From Marsupella aquatica (lineage: Eukaryota; Plantae; Marchantiophyta), in contig OZ316898.1 in assembly GCA_973895155.1 (NCBI GenBank), positions 2,976,480 through 3,040,479 of the forward strand: a DNA stretch of 64,000 bases, read 5' to 3'. Of this stretch, positions 52,506 to 64,000 are shown piece by piece. The position numbers and the translations under genes were made by a program. The notes beneath the pieces were generated by a model that saw only the letters and a program-made list of their open reading frames with translations, was not told the origin of the DNA and made no database searches. Numbering within the stretch: the stretch's first letter is position 1; each line of letters opens with the position of its first letter.

Positions 52506-54641
52506 GTGACAGTTCTACTTTGTTATATATAGGGAGATCTAATGGTCAGGAATATGTATGTGAAGAATTTGTTTAAGGAATGTTCTGACCATCATTTGCC
52601 AGAAGTCTGAACTTGGAGGCGATCTTGTTGAAGAGTATGTCAGAAAAGCTTCCCCCCAATCCGCATCAGCAGAGGACTTCTCCACCACATTATTTTATCC
52701 ATCTCTGATCACTGAACAACCTTGGCACAGCTTAGCTTCAGAACGATGTCATAATTGTAATCCTTTCCGATCGGCTACTTACATCGGAGTACTTTCTCGG
52801 AACGTGCATGCTTAGAACCTGGGTAATCAATCAAGGATTTAATCGAGGACCATCGCCTTTCAAGTTTTTATTTCATCCAATCCACGCAAGCGAAGCACTT
52901 TTCCCGAGCAAAAGCAGTCATGATCCCCCGATAATAGGAGTGTGGCGACCATCTACTCTACTCTAGTCTACTCTAGCACGGGACCCAATCGAGGAAGAAT
53001 TAATAACAATGCCTCCATGGATCCATCCTGGCCGAGCTTTACTAACGACTGTGGATTACGTAGCTGTGGTACCGTCCACTAGCTGGCAATTCGTTCAGTT
53101 CACATGAGCAGAAGGTGACTGACCACAATTCAGCAGTACGACGATGCTGGTCGGTGTTACATACTTACATTCTATAGACGACAGTGCACAAATCACAGCG
53201 CAGCTGCTGCTGCTGCTGCTGGTCGAGGACTTCACATGACATGACATGAGAGACAAGAGGTATCAAAGGACAATGCGTGCACAGATCGATGACAGGCGGC
53301 CATACTAGCCCGTAGCTTGTAGGTCTGCAGTGATGAGACCGATCTCAAGAACGCATCATGGAAGAAGCATTCATGGATCGCTCTGGTTCCCGTCTTCCGA
53401 TCGGGCGAACTACCGGTCCACGAAGCAGTTTGCATGATGACGCGCCGTACAGTATTATACACCTTTGTCAACATTATTTGCTGCTCATTTTCAATTGCTT
53501 CATGCAACCAATTCATCGTTGCGGCAGTAAGCTAGGATTATAAGAATTGCCCCATCCTATTTAATCCGGCCTGCTATATAGTGGAACAGAGTTCGCCCCC
53601 CGTGCATCTGAAATAGAAGTAAAGCTGGAGAATGCGGGCGGTTGATTTCTTATACATCATGTGAGAGCGTCGCCCTTAAATTCGAAATAGTGAGTGCTAA
53701 GCATGCAAAATTTCAACCCGTTACCAAGGATAAGAGATAGTTCCCTGAGAACTGAAACTCTTACCAGAAATTGGCTTATTAACAATGGATGCATTCGACT
53801 TCTTTAGTTCCATGTTTAGGCCTTGCTGTAGTTGAGGAGCTAATCTAATCCGGAGTGAGCATTTGTGATTGACCTTCAAAGATGACAAATAGACGAATCC
53901 AACCATATCCAGCTTCGCAAACATGGGCGTGTCAAATAACGAAACTAACTGTTGTAGCGCCGCGTCCCAGGACTTCTAACTACTAGGAAGAATGATGTAC
54001 ATCCCAATGTACCTTCCGACACTACTTGAGCTTCCTCCGAGGATAAAAGGTACCAACGAGATGGAAAGTACTTGTCAGCCTGTCAGCAAGGTTTCTTGAT
54101 AAGGAGTGTATCTTAAGACAGTACACGTCCCAACAGTCCGGATCGATTACTCCCTTTCGATCACCGACTGTTTAATTAAGTGTGTACACGAGAGGAGCCA
54201 CGTCCGAAGGCTACACAAGTACAGCACTCACACTATCCGACTCGTGCATCCTCCAGCCTGTGGTCGGGAATTGCCGTTTTGTAATGCTGTTCTAGCAGAC
54301 GGGGATGGAGCTCTTGGTGAATCGTTGCCTAACGAGGGCGAAACGCTGACAGCTCTGCTGACCGGACAGGCTGCTGGGTACTGTAGATGAAGGGATGAAG
54401 GGCATCGGGAGACAACGAGACAATTGCAACTGGAAGTATCCACCAATAGTCATGCATGTGCAGACAATGTAATTCTAATTTGACAATTGCTATCGTTGTA
54501 AAAGCCACCCGATCCGTACGCATCCATCAATACTATGAACAGAATCATGAGTGTGACACTAGCTACAGGTCAGTAGCGATCCTTGGGAGAGGTACTCCAA
54601 GGGGACGAGGGATTCGGATATAGTTAATATGTCCACATGAT

Positions 54642-54727
54642 GGTCTGCTTTCCAGTTGTTCGACTTTTTCAAGAACATCTTCAAGGTCTGCTTTCCAGTT
54701 GTTCGACTTTTTCAAGAACATCTTCAA
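54642..54727. repeat. Perfect 43-bp tandem duplication
   Basis: ggtctgctttccagttgttcgactttttcaagaacatcttcaa x2. Confidence 0.95.
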
Positions 54728-54869
54728 CACAAACAAAAAGGCCAGGACCAGCATCTTTCATCCGAACTCTGGTGTAATGCCAGAGGCCGGGAAGTATCAC
54801 CAACCTGCAATGTGCTCAACCAAACACCGCAATAAGTGACTGCAAAATGGTTAACCACACTACCACAGT

Positions 54870-55130
54870 CTGTACAATTGCGGAGTTGAATTCAACTTGT
54901 TAACAGCCAGGCAGAGTGCCGCTCGTTCCAGACCATTCAATCTAAATTCATTGAAAATTTGCTGAAATGTGTACTTCCGACGTTGAATTACACCATCGAC
55001 AGCCACGCACAATGCGGCTCTCAATCTATCTTGAGACGCACATTGAAATCTGATATGAAATGTATATATACTTCCGAGGTTGAATTCAACCATCCACAGC
55101 CTCACAGAGAGCGGCATTTGCTCATCTTGA
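54870..55130. repeat. Degenerate ~95-bp triplication
   Basis: gttgaatt..a......acagcc...cg.ct motif at ~54885, 54982 and 55078. Confidence 0.65.
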
Positions 55131-55603
55131 GACCCCGCATCAAGTGCAGGATGCATACGGCTACTATACTAAGGGTAATGTGTAGAAAAGAATGAAATAC
55201 ATAATTATGTACTAGATTCATCCGGCGTCAGATCAAACGAAACACCCTCCTAATTCCGTCCGACTCATTCCAAAGGTTGAAGTTCCTTGGAGGCTTTGCA
55301 TCAGATGCATGGCAACACAGTATCTGAGGGGGTTTATGGTTCTACGACTAGCTCGCAAGACTCTAGCACCCACAAGTCAAGCAGTGAAGTGACAATTGTA
55401 GGGGATCCACGGGACACCGCATAAAGTAAAGATCTCACTCCAAAGGTCGAAGACAAAAGTGACCGTCGTCGCTTTACAAAGAATTTGCCTTGCAATTAGA
55501 GAAAATGAGCAAGATGAGAGCTAGATTACAAAGGTGGCGACGTAATAATGCTAAAAATAATAGGGGATGGTGATGGATGAGTTCAGGTTCCAATTTCATG
55601 TCG

Positions 55604-57634
55604 TTATTGCTGCAATTGACCAAGTTTCTCCTCCTGCTGAACCAGAAGGACGCCAGTCTCTTCGTCACTTGCCATAGCTATGCTCTTGAGAGACGATGGC
55701 GGCTCGTACATCTCGACCACAGTGCTCAAGTCACTACTCCGCCCGGCGAGCTGCTTCGCTCTGAGAGCTTCGAACAACCAATCTGTTCGTAGCACAACGA
55801 AGAGAACCGAAATTGCACACGCTGCCTGTGCAGCCAATAGACCGTACCATAAACCTTCAAAGCCAACCTTCCAAGTGAAGGCCATCGCAACGGCCACTGG
55901 TGTACCCACAAAGTAAAAAGATCCCAAGTTTATCCTCGCGCCAACGGCAGGCCTCGCGCTCCCTCGTAGTACTCCGCAACCTGTGGTTTGCGGACAGTTC
56001 CCGAGCTCGCAGAGCCCTATTAGTGGCATCGCAGCAGCAGTCAATGCCAATACTTTCTCATTATCGGTAAATATAAGTCCCCATTTGTTCCGAAAGAGGG
56101 TCGTCCAGATGACATTTATCACTGCGAAAATCACAGCTCCAATCAAAGCAACTAGGGAGGCAATCCTAGCCTTCCCCGGTCTATTTGCCCCGAGCTCATT
56201 CCCTACCCTTGTGGACACAGAAGAGCTCAAAGCCAGCGGAAGAGTATACATGAGAGACGTGGTCTGAATCAGGATGGCTGTAGTGGCGACTGCAATTTGA
56301 GGGTCGGGAAGGTAGCCAGCCAGAAGAGTTATGATTTCGTACCACCACCATTCCAGGCATATTGCACAGCAGCTCGGAAGTGCCAAGCCCAGCAGCGGCC
56401 ACCATTCCCTCAAACAGTCGTAAGACCAAGGCACCCAAGTTCGTTTGTAGACACCGGAGAACCACAAGTAGCTGAGGAGAAAAAGAACCATGTTGAAGTT
56501 TGTCCATACTGCCGCAATCGCCACACCGGGAACCCCGAGGTTCAGAACAAACACCAGGAAAAAATTGAGAGGCATGTGAATCAACACTGCTAGAAGGGAA
56601 CACCACATCATTGGAGTGGTAATGCCTTGTGACCGGAGATATACCCTGAGTGGTTGCAAAATGCTGTTCACCACAAGGTCCGGAAGAGAAAATAGGCAGA
56701 AAGTACTTGCAACCGCCGTGATTTCACTATCCTGTCCTAACGAAGTGAGTATTCTCTCCAAATTGATCCACAGAAAGCTAATAGGAATGCATGATGAAAG
56801 AAGAATTAGAATCGTCCGCTGCAGGCTAAGACCGATCAGAGACCAATTCTTGGACCCATATGCTTGCCCACAAACAGGATCCATCCCAGATGCCAGGCCA
56901 AACAGAACGGAGTAGCCTGTGATGTTCGTAAACCCGATCGAAAGCGCTCCTCCAGCTAGTTCCAGACCCCCTAGTCGCCCAAGGCAAAGAACTGAAACCA
57001 TCGATCGAAGATAGACCACAAAATTTACTGTAGCAACCGGTACGGCAATGTTCGCCAACTCCTTCACCTCCTCCAGAATCTACATGTTCAGCAAAACAAA
57101 GTAAGAATATGGCAACTAAGCGGCAATGGAAGGTGGCGATATTCGGAAACCTTGTTACAAAAGAAGGTACAACACCACAATGAAACCAACACAGCCTTCC
57201 AAACATCCTAAGATTCATGATACTCGATTCATAGCTCTAATTCGGAACGAAAGACAGATGCAGTGACGATTCATAGTCGCAAGGGAGGAATGTAGATTAT
57301 TGAATCGGGAATGGCAAGAATTCACAAGAAATTCGAAGAGCAGTAAGACATGTCGCGAACGTTACTATCTCTAACAGACTGCCGCACTAAAAGAATCACA
57401 TCGGTTGTATTCGCTGGCAACGTATCATTTATCAATGGACAATGTCTCGTATGAGGTCCATAGTCTTGGACAGTGTAAGTTATCTTTCTGTCGGTTCAGT
57501 TCAAGTCAGTTCAGTGCAGTGGGTACCTGAAGGAGGGAAGGACACTTATTCAGGACCAGAGCTTCATCGCACTCGTCCTCATTCGGAGGAGGACCCTCGG
57601 AATGAGGCAATTTTCGGTGGTGCTGAGTTCCCAT
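55604..57634 (-). CDS. MATE efflux transporter, DTX48-56 clade, most like DTX54/BIGE1
   Basis: Exon 1 57634-57527 (MGTQHHRK...NKCPSLLQ), exon 2 57079-55604; motifs LGRLGGLELAGGALSIGFTNITGYSV, CLEWWWYEI, STRVGNELGANRP, LCELGNCPQTTGCGVLRGSARP, INLGSFYFVGTPVA. Confidence 0.95.
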
Positions 57635-58902
57635 TTAAGCAGACTCACCGTGCTGATACCTGCCCTGTCCTTCCTGACTCGTTTAAGCCCTTTATACAAC
57701 TGATCGTTGTCGAAGGTCTGAACACAACTCATAGATTTTGCCAACATTTTCGACAGAAGTTCCTCCCAGCACAGCTTCAGAGCTTGGTGCTGTGGTCATC
57801 TTCACCAAATTAAAAAGCGCCTCTCCACCCCCCGACCTCGACTTTTAGACAACAAAGATCAGCAAGCAACTACTCTACCAACAGCGGCAGCTAACCACTC
57901 GCTCACTCACTCCGTGTCAACTCCTCCAGTCCGTCTCAACCCGATTCTGCTATTGACAGCAACACCGAATCCACTCTACTACCCTCTCAGTCTCCAGACT
58001 GCCGCTTCGCTTTCGGCTCCGGCCTCATCACAACAGTGCACCCTCTGTCGTTGCGCCCGCGTGATATTGACTACTGGAATCCGCTGTAAGAATTGAAGGA
58101 GGCTCTCTTCTGGTAGTCTTGCCCTTCCTTAAGAAGCTTCCCTCTCGATGTGCAAGAGGCCAGAAAAGATTTCGAAGCAAGTGAACTCTTCCTTTATTTG
58201 TAAGTTTGGCCCAAATGAATACATTCAGGGCGCATCAACTGAGATGGGCTGTCAGCATGACGCAAACCAGAGCTTGAAGAGTGGCGAAATTGCAGCAGAG
58301 ACGACGAACTATAAACTTCTTCATCTTCTGGTGGAGATCCTTTATTATCCGCAGAATAGGAATTCAAGTCATCAGCTGGAGCTGAGACGAGCAGACCCGA
58401 AAGATGCGACCCAGAGATTTGAAGAGTGGCGAAGATGTGGCGATTGGTCATGAAACTATAAACCGATCATGATTTTGTCTGCGGTCTTCTATTTTGGCAT
58501 TTCTCACGCGATTCTTTCTTTATTGCGCCTCCGTCTGCCGTTCTAGACCTACCAGGTATGCCGACCGAGCCTATGCTCCGAGAGACCGAGCCTCCGTACC
58601 CGTAGCTTCGCGACGCTCGAGCCTACGCGCTTGTGCCACCATCGTCTTTCCCACGTCCACGTCATTTTCACCTTTCTATAGTTACTTACCTTTGGGCATT
58701 GGGCTTCGCGGTACGGTAACGGTGAATTGGAGTACAGTAAAAAAGCGTCATTCCTTTCCGGAGCATGTTGAGGTTTTTTTTAAGTCCTGTTAATCCTATA
58801 TATCCCTAAAATGTGAATATATAGGGTGTATTATGGAAACTTATAGCTCTCGTTGTTTTTTACATCAAAAAGAAAAAACACCAGTCACAAATTGTAGTTA
58901 AT

Positions 58903-59228
58903 GACTTTGATTACCTTAGGGAGAAAATAATCAAGACATCAATGTGATCTTGAGTAATGAGATATATCTTGACATGTTTCAGTTTCAAGGTCATCAAGTT
59001 GTCAAGTTTACCCAGTAAACCAATTCAATAATGTAATTGAAACCGGCTACAAATGGTAAAGAGAATGTTAACAAGTCACATTCAGTGAAAAGTGTAAACA
59101 ATATTATCTGAGGCAATGTAAGTGTGCTGAGCAAGTCTATCCAAGCCTTGTCAGTTCAGCTGGGCTTCTGCTGGGCTTCTCGCTGGGCTTCACATACAAA
59201 GTGGAGGTCTATGCGAGCTTTAGTTTAG
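58903..59228 (+). repeat. Dispersed ~300-bp repeat, copy 2
   Basis: Homologous to 17395-17695; contains an extra (gctgggcttc)x3 expansion. Confidence 0.85.
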
Positions 59229-60670
59229 TATATTATGTCACTTCATACCATTATAGACCAATATATGTATATATATATAGTTTTTAAATCATTCTAAATA
59301 TATATATATGACTGTCTATTTTTTATCTGCATTTTTTGGGACTCCCAGCAGAATAAGGGAATATAGAGCCCGATGGATGGAGTGATTTGTTCTCAAGGCC
59401 AAGATGGGTTCCCAAATAGACTGCCAGAAAATATGTGAAATGCTCGGATAGCCCTTTTATAATTTTGATTGAAATGTGACTAGCTTGGATATAGACTCCT
59501 GACCATTTACAGTCAATTTCAATTAGTTTGCTCAGTAAAAGTCATTGCTCATGGCCAAACTACTTAGAACTTGCTTTTAAAAGCTGGACTGCCCTTGTCA
59601 AAAGTGATAATAAGTTGCTCATGACCAAAGCAATCTGGGAATATGCTCTAAGGTCCTGAAACAAGGGAGATATGGAGCCAATTTTGTTAGGACTCCAATG
59701 TTTAGTCCCTAGCAAAATCCTGTACGCACAGGAAGAAAAACACCTGTATGTTTTGCTCTGGATTCAACTATACAACACAGCTGGAACAGCGACCCATCAT
59801 AAGTATTTACATAGTATGTTGGTCAAAGCTTGATCAGCCCTAAACAAGACAGATAAAATAAGATATTTCTAATACAAGATACATTTTATAAAATAAAAGT
59901 TATCACTTAAATTTCAAAAAATGAATATTTATAGGATATTCATTTTATTAAACTAAGGACATGCTAATCACCTCATGATTGCATTTGGTATCCTGATCAC
60001 TCTCACCCGGTTGACCACCAATGAGGGAGAGGTTCCATGAGGTGCCTGTCCCAACAAGCTAAGTCCACCCACCTTGGGCCTTCTGTTATGGACAATTTCC
60101 ATCCCTCAATAACAATTAGGGCGTGTCAAAACTGACTTCTACCAGAAAATTGTGGGTATCAAATACAGGTCCGATGAGTTTACGGTGGCCATAAAAAAAC
60201 CCAGAAATATTAAATTCAAACAAATTAACTTAAATACACACGCTCAACACTGGACTGAAACTATTCACACACACCCGTCTTTCAATTTCCACTCCTCACC
60301 TCAAATGCAGTGCAACCGAGTATTGTAAGAGCAAGGTTCCATGTGCCAGTGGTAATTGAGCAAGTACACTCTCTCTCCCACCCCCTGCCCACATGTGTTC
60401 TGTACACAAGATAAGAATTGCATTGATTACTACAGTTCAGGGCCAATAAGAACGTAGAGTGGCTTTACAAGACATGGGCCCTTGAAATTCAAGCCTCAAT
60501 GGACCTCCACGTTTGGCAAAAGAGTCAGATACATATTTCCAACCCACACTGACTGCAGCAAAAGCCTCCTTTTGCTCATATAGTACGATTTACACTTAAG
60601 TGAAATGTGGCAACCAAGAGAGTCATCTTTGGAATTTTTTGTCTCTCAGTTCTGAATGAAATTTGACAAT

Positions 60671-60803
60671 ATGTTTCCAAGGGTGTTCACGGGAAAGATC
60701 TTTCCGAGCCCGGTCTACAGAAGCCAAGAAAACAAGATTCCATTGGATGTGAAGGGGGATACTTAAATGTCAAAGTTAGCTGTGTGAACACCGTTGGAAA
60801 CAT
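60671..60803. repeat. Short inverted repeat / hairpin
   Basis: atgtttccaagggtgttcac ... gtgaacaccgttggaaacat (19/20 complementary). Confidence 0.8.
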
Positions 60804-62933
60804 GAAATGTGGACAGTGAATGCTCTTTACAAATTCATAAGCCTTTCAATTCTTCATAAAAAGGAGAGATTTTACATTTTCTGGGAAGATCTTTCCAAGT
60901 GGCTTAAATAGCCCAAGAAGAGCCAGTCCCCCTGGAGAGAAAGGGAGATATTGAAAGAAACTTTTGGAGACCAGACAGTGTATGGGAGTTGTGCCTCCCT
61001 GGCTCAGCCCATGGGAGCACCAGTTTCTGTGCCCTTGTTTATTTTATCTCCTCTCAGATTAAATATGAACCATATGAAGAGTGGAAATTGCTATAATTGG
61101 ATTTACAAGAATTAAGGGTCCATTTAGATATGGTGTCCCCTTATCCTCCATGGCAAACAAAGGCCTCAAATAAATGCACATGTGTACTCGTTATTTTGTT
61201 TTTGTCTAAAAAATTTCAGTGCCTCTAAAGGTCCAAACATTTACAGACTTTGTTTCCTTCGTTCTCATTCAAAGTAAAAGAAAACACCAAAATGTATAAT
61301 TCAGTGAAAAACAAAGTAGATGAAAGGAAAAGAGGTCGGAAGAGGACAAACACTTAACCAGAAAAAAGGAAAGAGAGATACATTTATCGAAATTCATGTC
61401 TACCTCTACAGTAGACATGAGGTAGGAGTCTACCTCTACAATAGAACAAGGAGTGTTTACTCGAATTGGCTTTTGTGCAAAGAAAGTCACAAGCACCCCC
61501 TACTGCTCGTATTAGTGCCATCCTCAGAGCTTTGAGGTCAGAGAGTTCACTTTAGTACCCCTCAGGTCTGTGCGACATTGGGCAGCAGATGCAATTCCTA
61601 ACGACCTTCTCCCAGACAATTATTTTGCGGCATTCTCACAAATTGCCCCTCGTATTCTGTTTGCCATGGTACTGTGGTAGTACCGGTGGGTATGGTATGT
61701 CAACGATACAAAGCAGTACGATGACTAGCGTTGTACTGACTACAGTACCTACGTTCAAATCTTCAACGACTTGCAGTATGGACATTCAATTCTCGGATTG
61801 TCGCACCGGTAATTGTACTTGCGGTATGGACATTTCATCGAGAGCAGAGCTGCATGTGGGCTGTGCATCGGTCGATTAGATTATTATTGGAAACTAGACT
61901 CGCAACATAGTACCAGGACTGCGCTTTGATTGATTTTGATTGATAATAGAATTCCGAAATGCGTAGCTACAGGGTTCTACGAAAAGCTGCTATCGGTCGT
62001 TGCGTTGCTGCCGAGCTTTGTTCACATATCTTTGTTACCACGCCCACTCGAATCTCGATCCAGCAGCTCAAACAAAGCCGGTGACGTTGATAGTGACTGA
62101 CTGAACCGCCACATAATTAAGTGCAACATCGAACGCAGCTCTGTCTCCAGGTGCTGCTAAACTTCCAACCTAAACCCCTTCTGTACTGAAAGGAATTGTT
62201 CGGTCCAGATAGATTTTTTCCTCGAAAGAAGAACTTACCAACGACAAAAATCCAGAGCGGCCAGCAAGTTTTATGCAATATAAATCTCTCCAGAACTGCC
62301 ACGCCCCTCCATGCGCGCGTTGCAGAGTCGAATGAAGTGGCAGACGAGGCGACCATACTGTACAGCAGGTGCGATCTCATGCCATCACCACATTCAGATT
62401 CATTCAGATTCATTTCACCTCGTCTGCAACTTGATTCGATTGTCGGGACATTGCGATCTCAGCATGTGGTGGAACAGCAATATATGACTTCCTGGGTTGT
62501 TTGTACGGCGGAGAAACGAAATTTAGTGACGATGTTTCTCTTCTGCTGCTCATTGATTGCCCTCGCAACTGTCGAAAGTCTACAGCGAAAAGTCTTCGAA
62601 TTCTGAACATCAATGTCTGTTATACATGGATAGGGGTCCTTAAAAAACGTTTACTTACGGAGTTTATTTCATTCAAACAAGTTTTTACAGCTCGCTACTT
62701 TAGTTTCCGACCTCCACTGAAGCGTGTCAATCAGAGTACATCTAGAATATAAGACTTTACAGATGAATGCGTTTCATTGCAGAATATTTTATCAATATGA
62801 ACCACTAGGCTCACATCAAAGAATGAACAGGTACCGAAGTACAGCAGGTGCGATCTCATGTCATCACTAATTAAGAATTCAACTACCCATCATGGGCCGC
62901 AAAAGTGCCGAACAACTTCACTAGCACGGGGCA

Positions 62934-63418
62934 GGCAGGCTGAGAATGGCAACCCTCTCTTTCTAAAATCCCACTTACCGACGCCCCAAATGGCTCAGGC
63001 TGAGAATGGCAGCCCTCTCTTTCTAAAATCCCACTTACCAACGTCTCATATGGCACAGGCTGTGAATGGCAGCCCTCTCTTTCTAAAATCCCACTTACCA
63101 ACTCCCAAATGGCGCAGGCTGAGAATGGCAGCCCTCTCTTTCTAAAATCCCACTTACCAACTCCCCAAATGGCCCATGCTAATGGCAGCCCTCTCTTTCT
63201 AAAATCCCGCTTACCAACTCCCCAAATGGCAGTGTTTAGTGATCCAGGTTATGGCACAGTCTGAGAATGGCAGCCCTCTCTTTCTAAAAACCCCCTTACC
63301 TACGTCCCAAATACCAATGTTTCAAATGGCAGCCATAGGCTGAGAATGACAGCCATCTCTTTCTAAAATCCCACTTACCAACGTCCCAAATGGCGTCCCA
63401 AATGGCGTCCCAAATGGC
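62934..63418. repeat. ~59-60-bp tandem minisatellite, ~7 copies, ending in a 12-bp x3 repeat
   Basis: caggctgagaatggcagccctctctttctaaaatcccacttaccaac.cccaaatggc; terminal cgtcccaaatgg x3. Confidence 0.95.
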
Positions 63419-64000
63419 TCAGTTCGGTGCTCTGCTTTTGGAGGGGTTCCCCAATTTCCAGAAGTGCCGCGGGGGCGGAGCTGCAATGGGAAGGAAGAAG
63501 GTACTGTTGGCTACTAAGAATTGAAAGGACGGATTACTGCAGCTGGACCGGTGGGGGTAGGCTGGACCTCGATTATTACATTGAATGGATGGATGAAGGC
63601 AAGAAGAGATTAGAATAGAGGGACACGGGGTGGGTCAGTTGAGAGGGAGATTCCTGCAAATCAAGTCGATGAATGGATAGAACTGATGAATAATGTGGGA
63701 CGATGAATAATGGGGGAGGGAGGGGGCGAGAGAAATAGGAATATAAGATGCATCTCTGCAAGCGTTGGACTTGTGTAATCTGTCGGTCCTTTTCCAGTAA
63801 ACTGATCTCTTCGCTCTTCTCTCACAAGCATTGTACTGGATTGATTGGATTCCCCCATGAATGATTGCAAAACCTTTTTGAAAAGATCATGCACAATCAT
63901 TTCGTAAGAAGGCAGAAACGAATCCAACGAGGCGCCGTGTGTTTGAGAGCCCCTCTCCTACTGTATGGCTTGCTGTCCTACTCCATGCCAACAAGGTCAC

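Noticed and set aside
51854-52532. Repetitive hydrophobic ORFs
   Set aside because: By-products of the ~105-bp tandem repeat; frames shift between units.
62858-63145. ORF with repeated AENGSPLFLKSHLPT
   Set aside because: Translation of the 60-bp minisatellite; the frame breaks in 59-bp units.

Overview
Eukaryotic, intron-rich land-plant nuclear DNA (bryophyte/liverwort-like gene structure is an inference). Six spliced genes can be reconstructed with GT-AG introns: a TIC62-like plastid NAD(P)-binding protein (minus strand, 3' end outside the window) with a ~300-aa Ala/Glu/Lys helical insert; AP-1 adaptor sigma subunit (minus); an unknown ~741-aa nuclear coiled-coil protein (plus); RPS4 (plus); a pirin with an N-terminal hydrophobic extension (plus); and a DTX54/BIGE1-like MATE transporter (minus). 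Intergenic DNA holds a nested TE island (12.5-23.9 kb) with a decayed ~1,250-codon TE accessory ORF split by a hAT-type MITE with a perfect 8-bp TSD, several MITE families, a LINE fragment and many tandem repeats. The most notable signal is a tandemly duplicated, same-length, diverged but intact alternative terminal coding exon in the AP-1 sigma gene. Exon coordinates were read by eye and could be off by a few bases.
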